From Alphaproteobacteria bacterium (GTDB taxonomy: Bacteria; Pseudomonadota; Alphaproteobacteria; Bin95), in the NCBI GenBank assembly GCA_965205265.1, contig CBDBGH010000003.1, forward strand, positions 2,848,001 to 2,912,000: DNA of 64,000 nucleotides. The letters are read 5' to 3'. Below, piece by piece: positions 40,948 through 50,759 of the stretch (positions within the stretch are counted from its first letter, which is position 1; each line of letters starts with the position of its first letter). Both the position numbers and the translations under genes were made by a program. Under the pieces are notes generated by a model. The model did not search any database, was not told the origin of the DNA, and was given only the letters and a program-made list of their open reading frames with translations.

Positions 40948-42168
40948 CTATGGTGTCGCAGCGGGGCGGAAGCGGATCGGCATGGAAACGGCGCCGCGCA
41001 GGCTGACGCCGTCGCGCCAGTCGAGCCGGTCCGCCGCGATTTCGACCTCCCGCATCGCCGCCAGCAGGCGCGGGAAGGCCAGCGCCGCCTCCAGCCTTGC
41101 CAGCGGCGCGCCGACACAGAAATGGATGCCGAAGCCGAACGCGATCTGCCGGCCGTGCCGGCGGGCGATATCGAAGCGGTCCGGGTCCGCGAACGCTTCC
41201 GGGTCGCGGTTGGCGGCGTTCAGCATCAGGAAGACGCGCGCGCCGGCCCGGATGTGCGCGCCCCGGATTTCCATGTCCTCCGTCGCGACCCGGGAGACGG
41301 CCGGGGCGGGCGAGTCGAAGCGCAGCATCTCCTCCACCGCCGCCTCCGCGCGCTCCGGCTCGCGGCGCAGCAGGTCCTGCTGGTCCGGATGGCGGATGAG
41401 GCGCATCAGGCCGTTGGCGAGCAGGCCGGTGGTCGTCTCGTGGCCGGCGAAGAGCAGCAGGATGCAGTTCGCCACAAGGTCGTCGTCGGAGAGGCCGGGG
41501 CTTGCGGCAAGCTCGGAAATGAGGTCGCCGGCCGGGCGGCGGCGGCGTTCGTTCAGCAGCTCGCGGAAGGTTCCGTCGAGGCCGGCGACGGCAGCCTCGG
41601 CGCGGCGATGCTTGTCGGAGGCGGTCTGCGAGGAGCCGACGAAGAGCGCCAGGTCGTGGCTCCAGCGCTGGAAGTCGTCGAGGCGCTCCAGCGGCGCGCC
41701 CAGAATCTCCATGATGACGCCGGCCGGCAGCGGATAGGCGAAGTCGGCGACGAAATCCATCGACCCGCCGTCCAGCGCCGGCGCCAGCAGGGCGTCGATC
41801 CGCCGCGCGATCCGGGGCGCCATCGCGCCGAGCGCGGCGGTGGTGAAGCGGCCGTTCAGATGGGCGCGGATGCGGGTGTGCTCGGGCGGGTCGAGGAAGA
41901 CGGCCCAGCGTCCGAGCGCCCCTTCGCTCCGCTGCAACTGCCGCCGGCGCGCGGGATCGAGCCCCTGGAAATAGGCCGCCATGCGCTCGGCCGAGAGCCG
42001 CCGGTCGCGCTGCGCGGCCAGGCAGTCGTCATAGCGCGTCAGCAGCCAGGCCCGCAGCCGCCCGCTCCAGGCGACGGGAGCCTCGGCGCGCAGCCGCGCG
42101 AGCGCGGGATAGGGATCGGCGATGGTCGCCGGGTCGGTCGGGTCGTAAATCCCGTCGGTGGCCGTCAT
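40948..42168 (-). CDS. Cytochrome P450
   Basis: DPPEHTRIR, I-helix AGHETT, ExxR (EEMLR), AANRDP and heme ligand FGFGIHFCVG. Confidence 0.95.
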   Translation of the reverse strand: MTATDGIYDPTDPATIADPYPALARLRAEAPVAWSGRLRAWLLTRYDDCLAAQRDRRLSAERMAAYFQGLDPARRRQLQRSEGALGRWAVFLDPPEHTRIRAHLNGRFTTAALGAMAPRIARRIDALLAPALDGGSMDFVADFAYPLPAGVIMEILGAPLERLDDFQRWSHDLALFVGSSQTASDKHRRAEAAVAGLDGTFRELLNERRRRPAGDLISELAASPGLSDDDLVANCILLLFAGHETTTGLLANGLMRLIRHPDQQDLLRREPERAEAAVEEMLRFDSPAPAVSRVATEDMEIRGAHIRAGARVFLMLNAANRDPEAFADPDRFDIARRHGRQIAFGFGIHFCVGAPLARLEAALAFPRLLAAMREVEIAADRLDWRDGVSLRGAVSMPIRFRPAATP

Positions 42169-42228
42169 GAGCCGTCCATTCGATTCCGCCGGGCCGAACC
42201 GGGCTCCGGAGGGCCCGCCGGGCAGGGC

Positions 42229-42323
42229 TGGCGGAGGAGAGTGGGAGTCGAACCCACCTGGCAGCGATGCGCCGCCGCAGCGGTTTTGAAGACCGAGCCG
42301 GCCACCGGACCGGATTCCCCTCC
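42229..42323 (-). tRNA. selC: tRNA-Sec (anticodon UCA)
   Basis: 95 nt on the minus strand: 8-bp acceptor GGAGGGGA/TCTCCTCC, 6-bp D stem with a 4-nt loop, anticodon loop CTTCAAA, long variable arm, 5-bp T stem with TTCGACT, G73 and encoded CCA. Confidence 0.95.
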
Positions 42324-42359
42324 GTGAGCGCGATTAGTGGCAAGTCCGGGCGGGGCCGG

Positions 42360-43355
42360 TCAAGCGGCGAAGAGCGGGCGCAGCCCCGCCTTCTCCTCCG
42401 GGCCGCACCAGGCGCCTTCCAGCGCGGCCGCGGCCAGCTTGCGAATCTCGGCGCGGCTGAAGCCGAACACGTCCATGAGCACGGCGTATTCCCCGGCGAG
42501 GCTGTTGTGGAACATGCCTGGGTCGTCGGTGTTGACCGTGATGTCGAGCCCGCGCTCCCAGTAGCGGCGCACCGGGTGGTCCTCGATCCGTCCGATGACG
42601 CCGGTGGCGAGATTGGAGAGCGGGCAGAGCTCCAGCACAACGCCCGTCTCGGCCAGCAGATCGACGACCGCCTCGTCCTCCTCGGCGCGCAGCGCATGGC
42701 CGACCCGGTCCACCCCGAGCGCCTCGACCGCGCCGCGAACGCTTTCCGCCCCGGCCGCCTCGCCCGCATGGGCGCTCGTTCGCAGACCCGCCTTGCGCGC
42801 CGCCGCATAGACCGGCGCGAAGGGTTCGGGCGGATGGAGATGCTCCGAGCCGCCGATGCCGATGCCGAGAATGCCGGCATCGTCCGCAACCTCGACGACC
42901 TCCGCCAGCGTGACGGCCGCATTGTCGGGCCCGAGGTCGCGGACGAGATCGGCAATCAGGTAGAGCGTTACGCCGGGAACCCGGTCGAAGCCGCTGCGGA
43001 TGGCTTCCGCGAGGCGGGCGGGCGTCAGGCCCCGGTCCGCGAACCGGCCGGGGGAGAAGAACAACTCCGCATAGCGGATGTTCTGGCGCGCGAGGTCCGC
43101 CGCGACGGCTTCGGCAATGAAGGTGAAATCGTCATAGGTCCTGAGAAAGCCGTTCTTCCAGATCCAGCTGTCGATGAAGGCCGGGAAATCGGGATAGGTC
43201 AGGCGTTCCCTCAGCGCCTCCACGGTCGGCACGGCCGGGTCCCCGCCGGCGGCCCCGATCAGTTCGAACAGCGCCGGCAGCGGAATGGCGCCTTCCAGAT
43301 GCAGGTGCAGTTCGGCTTTCGGCAGGCCGGCGAGCCAGTCGTCGCGTTCCGTCAT
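42360..43355 (-). CDS. add: Adenosine/adenine deaminase family protein
   Basis: LPKAELHLHLEG, AHAGE, RVGH, ELCPLSN and VNTDDP motifs. Confidence 0.9.
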   Translation of the reverse strand: MTERDDWLAGLPKAELHLHLEGAIPLPALFELIGAAGGDPAVPTVEALRERLTYPDFPAFIDSWIWKNGFLRTYDDFTFIAEAVAADLARQNIRYAELFFSPGRFADRGLTPARLAEAIRSGFDRVPGVTLYLIADLVRDLGPDNAAVTLAEVVEVADDAGILGIGIGGSEHLHPPEPFAPVYAAARKAGLRTSAHAGEAAGAESVRGAVEALGVDRVGHALRAEEDEAVVDLLAETGVVLELCPLSNLATGVIGRIEDHPVRRYWERGLDITVNTDDPGMFHNSLAGEYAVLMDVFGFSRAEIRKLAAAALEGAWCGPEEKAGLRPLFAA

Positions 43356-43375
43356 TCAACCGCTCCCCCGGACGA

Positions 43376-43576
43376 CTAGCCCGGACTGTCCGGGTTGATC
43401 GCCAGAAACGCTGCCGCCAGCGCCAGGAACGCCGCGAGCGCGAGCGCGAGCCGCTTGCGCTGCCATGCCGTGTCGGTGCCCGGGCGCTTCTTCGCGCGCA
43501 CGAGCTTCACCGCGGCGTCCACCGCGATTCCGAGCGCAATCAGGACGGCGAGCGCGAGGATCTGGTGAAACGCCAT
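43376..43576 (-). CDS. Small two-helix membrane protein (66 aa)
   Basis: MAFHQILALAVLIALGIAVDAAV...RLALALAAFLALAAAFLAI; fits the gap between the CoA transferase and add. Confidence 0.55.
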   Translation of the reverse strand: MAFHQILALAVLIALGIAVDAAVKLVRAKKRPGTDTAWQRKRLALALAAFLALAAAFLAINPDSPG

Positions 43577-43584
43577 CGCCCCGC

Positions 43585-44712
43585 TCAGCCATCGGCCCCG
43601 AACACATCGCGCGTATGCGCGCCGAGCGTCGGCGCCCGGCTGCGGACCGGCGGCCGCTCGCCGTCCAGGCTCACCGGCAGGCCGGGCAGCGGATAGCCGG
43701 TTTCCGGCTCGGTCAGCATGGCGCCGAGCGCCGCCGTCTGCGGGTCGTCGGCCGCCTCGCTCACCTTGTTGATCGGTGCATGGGGCACGCCCGCGGCCTC
43801 CAGCGCCGCCTGCCAGACGGCCCGCGGCCGGGTCAGCAGCGCGAGCTGGATGAGCGGGATCAGCGCCGCCCGGTTGGCCGTCCGGTCCCTCACCGTGGCG
43901 AAGCGGGCGTCCCTGCCCCATTCGGGCCGGCCCAGCACCGCGCAAAGCCGCCGGTAGAGCCGGTCGTTGCCGGCCGCGACCATGACCGGGTCGGTCGCCG
44001 TCTCGAACACCTGGTAGGGCGTCAGCATCGCGTTGCCATTGCCCTGGCGCTCCGGCTCGCGCCCGGTGAACAGATAGTCGGAAAGCGGCTGATAGACCCA
44101 GCCGAGCCCGGTTTCGAAGAGCGAGACATCGACCCGGCCGCCCCTGCCGGTCCGCTCCCGCCGGCGGAGCGCGGCAAGGATGCCGATAACGGCCCACATC
44201 GCGGTGCCCGGATCGACGATCGAGACGCCGGCGCGCATGGGCGGCCCCTCCACCGGCCCGTTCATAGCCATAACGCCGGCATAGGCATGCGCCAGCGGCT
44301 CGTAGCCGGGTTTCGAGGCGAGCGGCCCCGCCCGGCCGAACGCGCCGACCTCGCAATAGACGAGGCGCGGATTGCGCGCCTTCAGCGCCGCAAAGCCGAT
44401 GCCGAGCGAGTCCGCGAGGCCGGGGCGCAGATTGTGGACGAGCACATCCGCCCGTTCGACAAGCGCGAGGAAACGCCGGAGCGCCGCTTCCTCCTTGAAG
44501 TCCACGACCGCGGAGCGCTTGTTGCGGTTGAGGATGTGGAAGGCGAGCGGATGGCGTTCGCCGTCCTTCTCGACGAACCAGAACCGGGCGTCGTCGCCGC
44601 CCGGCTTCTCGATCTTGATGACGTCGGCGCCGAGGTCGGCGAGGATCGCGCCCGCATAGGGGCCGGCAATGTTCTGGCCGATCTCGATGACGGTGAGGCC
44701 GGAAAGCGGCAT
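43585..44712 (-). CDS. CaiB/BaiF class III CoA-transferase
   Basis: LSGLTVIEIGQNIAGP, LNRNKRS, HNLRPG and KPGYE motifs. Confidence 0.9.
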   Translation of the reverse strand: MPLSGLTVIEIGQNIAGPYAGAILADLGADVIKIEKPGGDDARFWFVEKDGERHPLAFHILNRNKRSAVVDFKEEAALRRFLALVERADVLVHNLRPGLADSLGIGFAALKARNPRLVYCEVGAFGRAGPLASKPGYEPLAHAYAGVMAMNGPVEGPPMRAGVSIVDPGTAMWAVIGILAALRRRERTGRGGRVDVSLFETGLGWVYQPLSDYLFTGREPERQGNGNAMLTPYQVFETATDPVMVAAGNDRLYRRLCAVLGRPEWGRDARFATVRDRTANRAALIPLIQLALLTRPRAVWQAALEAAGVPHAPINKVSEAADDPQTAALGAMLTEPETGYPLPGLPVSLDGERPPVRSRAPTLGAHTRDVFGADG

Positions 44713-44816
44713 GGGCGGCGGCGCTCCTGCTTGGGCCCGCCGGCGGACGGGGCGGAAAGCCTTGACCCCGGCGGCGGGTATCGATTCGATGGCGCGGAAC
44801 TTAGCAGGGGCGCTAC

Positions 44817-46070
44817 ATGGAGCCTAGAAAACTGGCCGCAAGCCTTTTCGACCAGCTCGCCGAGGCCACCCATGACGGCGTCGGCATCACGCGGGCGAGC
44901 TATGGCGAGGGCGAGGCGTTCGCGCATGGCGCGGTGGCGCGCGCGGCCCGGTCGCTCGGCCTCGAAGTCGAGACCGATCCCGCCTGCAACACCTATATGA
45001 CGCTGCCGGGGACCGACCGCGCCGCCGCGCCTGTCATCATCGGCTCGCATCTCGATTCGGTGGCCGAAGGCGGCAATTTCGACGGCGCCGCGGGCGTTGT
45101 CGCCGGGCTCGCGGCGATCGCCTCGCTGCAGCAAAGCAGGACCGCGCCCGGCCGCGATATCCGCGTCATGGGCATCCGCGCCGAGGAGAGCGCCTGGTTC
45201 GGCACCTCCTATATCGGCAGCCGCGCGGCGCTCGGCGCCCTGCCGCCGGGCGCGGTGGAGACCGCGCGGCGGGCCGACACCGGACGCACGCTCGCCGAGC
45301 ACATGCGGGAAGCCGGCGGCGACCCGGAGGCGCTCGACCCGCCCTTCCTCGAGGCCGCCCGCCTGCATGCCTTCCTGGAGGTGCATATCGAGCAGGGGCC
45401 GGTGCTGGTCGAGCAGGGCCTGCCGGTCGGCGTCGTCACCGGCATACGCGGCAACCGCCGCCTGCCGGCCGCGCGCTGCCTCGGCGCCTACAGCCATTGC
45501 GGCGGCATGCCGAGGCGCTCGCGCCAGGATGCCGTAATGGCCGTCACGGACCTGATCGCCCGGCTCGACGGGCTCTGGGACGAGCGCGAGGCGGGCGGCG
45601 AGGACTTCGCCTTCACCGTCGGCAAGCTCTCCACCGACCCGGAGCGCCACGCCATGACCATCGTGCCGGGCGAATGCCGCTTCTCGCTGGACATGCGCTC
45701 GCTCGACGGCGCGTTCCTCGACGGCCTGGAAGGCTGGGTTGCAGAAGCGGCGCGGGAGATCGAAGCCCGCCGGGGCGTCACTTTCGAACTGGGCACGACC
45801 ACGCGCGCCGCCCCCGGCGTACTGGACGAGTCCATCCGCGCCGGGCTGCTGGATTGCGCGCGGAGACTGGACATTCCGCACAACGAGATGGCGAGCGGGG
45901 CCAGCCACGACTCCGCCGCCTTCGCCGCCGCCGGGGTGCCGACCGCCATGCTGTTCGTGCGCAACCCGAACGGCAGCCACAATCCCGACGAGGCGATGGA
46001 GCTCGACGACTTCATGGCCGCCGTGAACATACTGACCCGCTGGCTCGCCACCGAAGGAACGCGCGCATGA
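44817..46070 (+). CDS. Zn-dependent hydrolase, N-carbamoylase/allantoate amidohydrolase (M20) family
   Basis: GSHLDSV..GGNFDGAAGV, AEES, EVHIEQGP, SGASHDS and SHNPDE motifs. Confidence 0.9.
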   Translation: MEPRKLAASLFDQLAEATHDGVGITRASYGEGEAFAHGAVARAARSLGLEVETDPACNTYMTLPGTDRAAAPVIIGSHLDSVAEGGNFDGAAGVVAGLAAIASLQQSRTAPGRDIRVMGIRAEESAWFGTSYIGSRAALGALPPGAVETARRADTGRTLAEHMREAGGDPEALDPPFLEAARLHAFLEVHIEQGPVLVEQGLPVGVVTGIRGNRRLPAARCLGAYSHCGGMPRRSRQDAVMAVTDLIARLDGLWDEREAGGEDFAFTVGKLSTDPERHAMTIVPGECRFSLDMRSLDGAFLDGLEGWVAEAAREIEARRGVTFELGTTTRAAPGVLDESIRAGLLDCARRLDIPHNEMASGASHDSAAFAAAGVPTAMLFVRNPNGSHNPDEAMELDDFMAAVNILTRWLATEGTRA

Positions 46071-47020
46071 CCCGCATCGCCATTCTCGACGACTACCAGG
46101 GCATCGCCATGCAGATGGCCGACTGGGACAGCCTGCCGGACGGCTGCCGGGTCGAGGTCTTCCACGACCATGCGGCCGATGTCGCGGTGGTGGCCGACCG
46201 GCTCAGGGACTTCGAGGTCGTGTGCATCATGCGCGAGCGCACACCCTTCCGGCGCGACCTCATCTCCCGCCTGCCGAAGCTCAAGCTGCTGGTGACGACG
46301 GGCATGCGCAACGCCGCGGTCGATGTGGCGGCGGCGCAGGAGCAGGGCGTCACTGTCTGCGGCACCGCCGGCAGCGCGCACACCACGCCCGAGCTCACCT
46401 GGGGTCTGATCCTGGCGCTGCAGCGGCATATCCCGGCCGAGGACCGGGCGATGAAGGCGGGCGCCTGGCAGACGACCGTCGGGCGCGGGCTCGCGGGCTC
46501 CACGCTCGGCCTGCTGGGTCTCGGGCGGCTGGGTTCCGAGGTCGCGCAGGTCGGCCGGGCGTTCCGGATGAACCTGATCGCCTGGAGCGAGAACCTGACG
46601 GCGGAACGCGCGGCCGAGCACGGCGCGGCGCGCGTCGACAAGGACGAGCTCTTCCGGCAGTCGGACGTGCTGTCGATCCACACGCTGCTGAGCCAGCGCA
46701 CGCGGGGGCTGGTCGGCGCGCGCGAGCTCGCCCTGATGAAGCCCTCGGCCGTGCTGGTGAACACCTCGCGCGGCCCCATCGTGGACGAAGCGGCGCTGGT
46801 GGACGCGCTCCGCAACCGCACCATCGCGGGCGCCGGCCTCGATGTGTACGACACCGAGCCGCTGCCGCGCGGCCACCCGCTGAGCAGCCTCGACAACGCC
46901 GTGCTGACGCCGCATCTGGGCTATGTGACCTGGGACACCTTCGCAGTCATGTATCCGCAGACGCTCGAATGCGTGCAGGCCTGGCTCGCCGGCAACCCGG
47001 TGCGCATCATCTCCGGCTGA
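46067..47020 (+). CDS. D-2-hydroxyacid dehydrogenase family protein
   Basis: MTRIAILDDYQ, MRERTPF, GLGRLG, VNTSRG and TPHLGY motifs; ATGA overlap with the upstream gene. Confidence 0.9.
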   Translation: MTRIAILDDYQGIAMQMADWDSLPDGCRVEVFHDHAADVAVVADRLRDFEVVCIMRERTPFRRDLISRLPKLKLLVTTGMRNAAVDVAAAQEQGVTVCGTAGSAHTTPELTWGLILALQRHIPAEDRAMKAGAWQTTVGRGLAGSTLGLLGLGRLGSEVAQVGRAFRMNLIAWSENLTAERAAEHGAARVDKDELFRQSDVLSIHTLLSQRTRGLVGARELALMKPSAVLVNTSRGPIVDEAALVDALRNRTIAGAGLDVYDTEPLPRGHPLSSLDNAVLTPHLGYVTWDTFAVMYPQTLECVQAWLAGNPVRIISG

Positions 47021-47189
47021 GGGCGGCTTCGCCTCCGGGACGCCGTGGGTTGCAATCCCGGCTGCCGTGCTATGGTGCCGTCCCCGGCATGACAGCCGAA
47101 GCGCTATTGCAGCGATGACCGGCCGGCGGTCCGGCGCGGTCTCGCAGCGTTCAGGCGTTCATGTCCGGTCTCGAACCGGGAGGACAGTA

Positions 47190-48836
47190 ATGAGATCGAA
47201 AATGCGACTTTCACTTCGCAACCTGGCGGTCGGAGCGGCGGCAGCCATATTGCTCGCCGGCACCGTCTCGGCCCCGGCGCGAGCTGGAGGCACGCTGCGG
47301 GTCGGCATGACCGCTGCGGACATTCCCCTCTCCTGGGGCCAGCCCGACCAGGGCTTCGAGGGCTTCCGCTTCATGGGGCTGATGCTCTATGACGGGCTCA
47401 TCAACTGGGACATGAGTTCCGCCGACAAGGCATCCGGCCTCATTCCGGGGCTCGCGGAAAGCTGGGAGGTGAACGAGGCCGACAAGACCAAGTGGACCTT
47501 CAAGCTGCGCAAGGGCGTGAAGTTCCATGACGGCTCGGACTTCGACGCCGACGCGGTGCTCTGGAATTTCGACCGGCTGTTCGACAAGGACTCGCCGCAA
47601 TACAGCGCGCGGATGGCGTCGCTGGTGAACTTCCGCATCCCGTCCCTCGTCTATGATGCTGACACCAACGCGAAGGGCTGGAAGAAGATCGACTCGCACA
47701 CGGTCGAGTTCACCACCAAGTCGCCGGACAGCTTCTTCCCCTACCAGATCTGTTACATCCTGATATCGAGCCCGGCGCAGTTCGAGGCCACCGGCAGCGA
47801 CTGGAACAAGTTCGCCCAGAACCCGTCCGGCACGGGCCCGTGGAAGCTGACCCAGATCGTGCCGCGCGAGCGCGCCGAGTTCGTGCCCTTCGAGGAGCAC
47901 TGGGACGAGACGCGCCAGCCGAAGCTGGACAAAGTGGTCACGATCCCGATCCCGGACCCGAACGCGCGCACCGCCGCGCTGCTTTCGGGACAGGTGGACT
48001 GGATCGAGGCGCCGGCGCCGGATGCGATCCCGAGGCTGGAAGAACGCGGCATGGTGATCTCCTCCAACCTCTACCCGCATGTGTGGTCCTGGCATCTGAG
48101 CCGCGTCGAAGGCTCGCCCTGGAACGACATCCGGGTGCGCAAGGCGGCCAACCTCGCCATCGACCGCGACGGCATCGTCTCGCTGCTCGGCGGCTACGCC
48201 GTGAAGGCGAGCGGGCATGTGTCGCCGGCCGATCCCTGGTACGGCTCGCCCAGCTTCAAGCTCGAATACAACCCGGATGCGGCGAAGGCCCTGCTGGCGG
48301 AAGCCGGCTTCGGGCCCGACAATCCGGTCAAGGTGAAGATGATGATTTCGGCCAGCGGCTCCGGGCAAATGCTGCCCCTGCCGATGAACGAATACATGCA
48401 GCAGAACCTTGCGGAGGTCGGCATCGAGGTCGAGTTCGAGGTCATGGAGTGGCAGAGCCTGCTGGACCGCTGGCGCGCGGGCGCCAAGGCCGAGCAGGCC
48501 CAGGGCGCCAATGGCATCAATGTCAGCTACACCACGCAGGACCCCTATAGCAGCTTCACGCGCTTCCTGCGCTGCGACCTGCATGCGCCGGCCGGCGTGA
48601 ACTGGGGCTACCACTGCGACGCGGAGATGGACGAGCTGCTGAAGAACGCCTCGCTCGCCTTCGACCCCGCGGAACGCGACGGCTGGCTCGCCAAGGTGCA
48701 CACGCGCGAGGTGGACAACGCGCTCTTCCTCTGGGTGGTCCATGACGTGGCGCCGCGGGCGATGACGAAGCAGGTCAAGGGCTTCATCCAGGCCCGCAAC
48801 TGGTTCCAGTCGCTCACCCCGGTCACCATGGAATAG
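47190..48836 (+). CDS. ABC transporter substrate-binding protein, family 5 (Dpp/Opp type)
   Basis: GGAGG SD; signal peptide; PGLAESW, WTFKLRKGVKFHDG, GTGPW and VRKAANLAIDR motifs. Confidence 0.92.
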   Translation: MRSKMRLSLRNLAVGAAAAILLAGTVSAPARAGGTLRVGMTAADIPLSWGQPDQGFEGFRFMGLMLYDGLINWDMSSADKASGLIPGLAESWEVNEADKTKWTFKLRKGVKFHDGSDFDADAVLWNFDRLFDKDSPQYSARMASLVNFRIPSLVYDADTNAKGWKKIDSHTVEFTTKSPDSFFPYQICYILISSPAQFEATGSDWNKFAQNPSGTGPWKLTQIVPRERAEFVPFEEHWDETRQPKLDKVVTIPIPDPNARTAALLSGQVDWIEAPAPDAIPRLEERGMVISSNLYPHVWSWHLSRVEGSPWNDIRVRKAANLAIDRDGIVSLLGGYAVKASGHVSPADPWYGSPSFKLEYNPDAAKALLAEAGFGPDNPVKVKMMISASGSGQMLPLPMNEYMQQNLAEVGIEVEFEVMEWQSLLDRWRAGAKAEQAQGANGINVSYTTQDPYSSFTRFLRCDLHAPAGVNWGYHCDAEMDELLKNASLAFDPAERDGWLAKVHTREVDNALFLWVVHDVAPRAMTKQVKGFIQARNWFQSLTPVTME

Positions 48837-48850
48837 GCCGGACCCGCGCG

Positions 48851-48884
48851 CGGAGCGGGCGGCCCGGAACGGCCGCCCGCTCCG
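48851..48884 (+). other. Intercistronic hairpin after the binding-protein gene (probable mRNA-stabilising or partial terminator element)
   Basis: Perfect 14-bp stem CGGAGCGGGCGGCC/GGCCGCCCGCTCCG with a 6-nt loop. Confidence 0.6.
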
Positions 48885-48900
48885 GCGCCTGCCCGACCCC

Positions 48901-49854
48901 ATGCTCGAATACATCATCCGCCGCGTCCTCTACGTCATCCCGATCGGGCTCGGGGTGACGGTGCTCGTCTTCGCCCTGGTGCACATGTCGCCGGGCGATC
49001 CGCTGAGCGCCGTCGTGCCGCCGGACGCGCCGGAAGAGATGGTGCAGGACCTGCGCAAGGCCTACGGCTTCGACAAGCCGCTGCCGATCCAGTACGTGAC
49101 CTGGCTCGGACGGGTGGTGACGGGCGATCTCGGGGTCTCGGTCGCGCGCGGCCGCGAGGTCGTGGACGAGCTTCGCATCGCGGTGCCCAACACCTTCATC
49201 CTGGCGGCGGGGGGAACGCTGCTCGGATTCACCCTGGGCGCGATATTCGGCGGCATCGCCGGCTATTTCCAGGGACGCTGGATCGACAAGCTCGCCACCG
49301 CTATCGCCATCACGGGCGTCAGCGTGCCCCACTACTGGCTGGGCCTCGTCCTGGTCATCATCTTCTCGGTCGAGATGAACGTGCTGCCGTCCATCGGCAT
49401 GGGGCCGGGAGGTTCCACCGCCTGGGCCTGGGACGCTGAGCATATGCGCCACCTGGTGCTGCCCGTCGTCACGCTCGCCGTCATCCCGATGGGCCTGATT
49501 ACCCGGACGGTGCGCGCCACCGTCGCCGAAATCCTCAACCAGGAGTTCGTTCAGGCGCTGCACGCCAAGGGCCTGTTCCAGCGCCAGGTGCTCATGCATG
49601 TGGTGCGCAACGCCGCGCCGACGACGCTGGCGGTGATGGGCCTCCAGCTCGGCTACCTGCTCGGCGGCTCCATCCTGGTCGAGACCGTCTTCCAGTGGCC
49701 CGGAACCGGCTCGCTCCTCAACAGCGCGATCTTCGAGCGCGACCTGCCGCTGCTGCAGGGCACCATTCTCGTGCTGGCCATGTTCTTCGTTCTGCTGAAC
49801 CTGCTGGTGGACATCCTGCAATCGGCCATCGACCCCCGGATGTCGCGCCAATGA
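48901..49854 (+). CDS. ABC permease (DppB-like)
   Basis: SPGDP, GFDKPLPIQY, GDLGVS, ILVETVFQWPG and IDPR motifs. Confidence 0.92.
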   Translation: MLEYIIRRVLYVIPIGLGVTVLVFALVHMSPGDPLSAVVPPDAPEEMVQDLRKAYGFDKPLPIQYVTWLGRVVTGDLGVSVARGREVVDELRIAVPNTFILAAGGTLLGFTLGAIFGGIAGYFQGRWIDKLATAIAITGVSVPHYWLGLVLVIIFSVEMNVLPSIGMGPGGSTAWAWDAEHMRHLVLPVVTLAVIPMGLITRTVRATVAEILNQEFVQALHAKGLFQRQVLMHVVRNAAPTTLAVMGLQLGYLLGGSILVETVFQWPGTGSLLNSAIFERDLPLLQGTILVLAMFFVLLNLLVDILQSAIDPRMSRQ

Positions 49855-50759
49855 CGAACGCCCGGGCCCTCGACCGCAAGCAGCAGGCGGCCGTCGATGC
49901 AGCCCAGGTGGCGGTGCAGTCGCGCGGCTACTGGGCCACGGTGGGAGGGCGCATCCGCGACGACAAGGTGACGATGGTCTGCGGATTCGTCGTGCTGCTC
50001 ATCATCTTCTCCGCGGTGTTCGCGGACCTGATCGCGCTCGCCGACCCCTACAAGGCGAGCATGCTCAAGCGCCTCGCCGAGATCGGCGCGCCCGGATACC
50101 CGCTGGGCGCGGACGAGATGGGCCGGGACATGATGACCCGCCTGCTCTACGGCGGGCGGCTCTCGCTGTTCATGGGCATCAGCCCCATCGTCATCGCGCT
50201 CGCCATCGGCGGCACGCTCGGCCTCGTCGCGGGCTTCCTCGGAGGCCGGGTGAACATGCTCATCATGCGCCTGATGGACGTGTTCTACGCCTTCCCCTCC
50301 GTGCTGCTGGCGGTCGCGATCTCGGGCGCGCTCGGCGCCGGCATCGGCAATGCCATCGTGTCGCTGACGCTCGTGTTCATCCCGCCCATCACGCGCGTGA
50401 CGGAGAGCGTCACCACCCAGGTCCGCTCGCTGGACTATGTGGAGGCGGCGCGCGCCAGCGGCGCCGGCAGCCTCACCATCATCCGGGTGCATGTGCTGAG
50501 CAATGTGCTGGGCCCGGTGTTCATCTATGCGACAAGCCTCATCAGCGTCAGCATCATCCTCGCCTCGGGGCTCAGCTTCCTCGGCCTCGGCACCGAGCCG
50601 CCGGAGCCGGAATGGGGCCTCATGCTCAACACGCTCAGGCAGTCGATCTACGTCAATCCCTGGGTCGCGGCCCTGCCCGGCGTGATGATCTTCTTCACCT
50701 CGCTGTCCTTCAACCTGCTTAGCGACGGGCTCCGCAGCGCCATGGACGTAAGGCTGTGA
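49851..50759 (+). CDS. ABC permease (DppC-like)
   Basis: LGADEMGRD, DYVEAARASGA, LSFLGLG..PP.PEWG and NLLSDGLR motifs. Confidence 0.92.
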   Translation: MTNARALDRKQQAAVDAAQVAVQSRGYWATVGGRIRDDKVTMVCGFVVLLIIFSAVFADLIALADPYKASMLKRLAEIGAPGYPLGADEMGRDMMTRLLYGGRLSLFMGISPIVIALAIGGTLGLVAGFLGGRVNMLIMRLMDVFYAFPSVLLAVAISGALGAGIGNAIVSLTLVFIPPITRVTESVTTQVRSLDYVEAARASGAGSLTIIRVHVLSNVLGPVFIYATSLISVSIILASGLSFLGLGTEPPEPEWGLMLNTLRQSIYVNPWVAALPGVMIFFTSLSFNLLSDGLRSAMDVRL

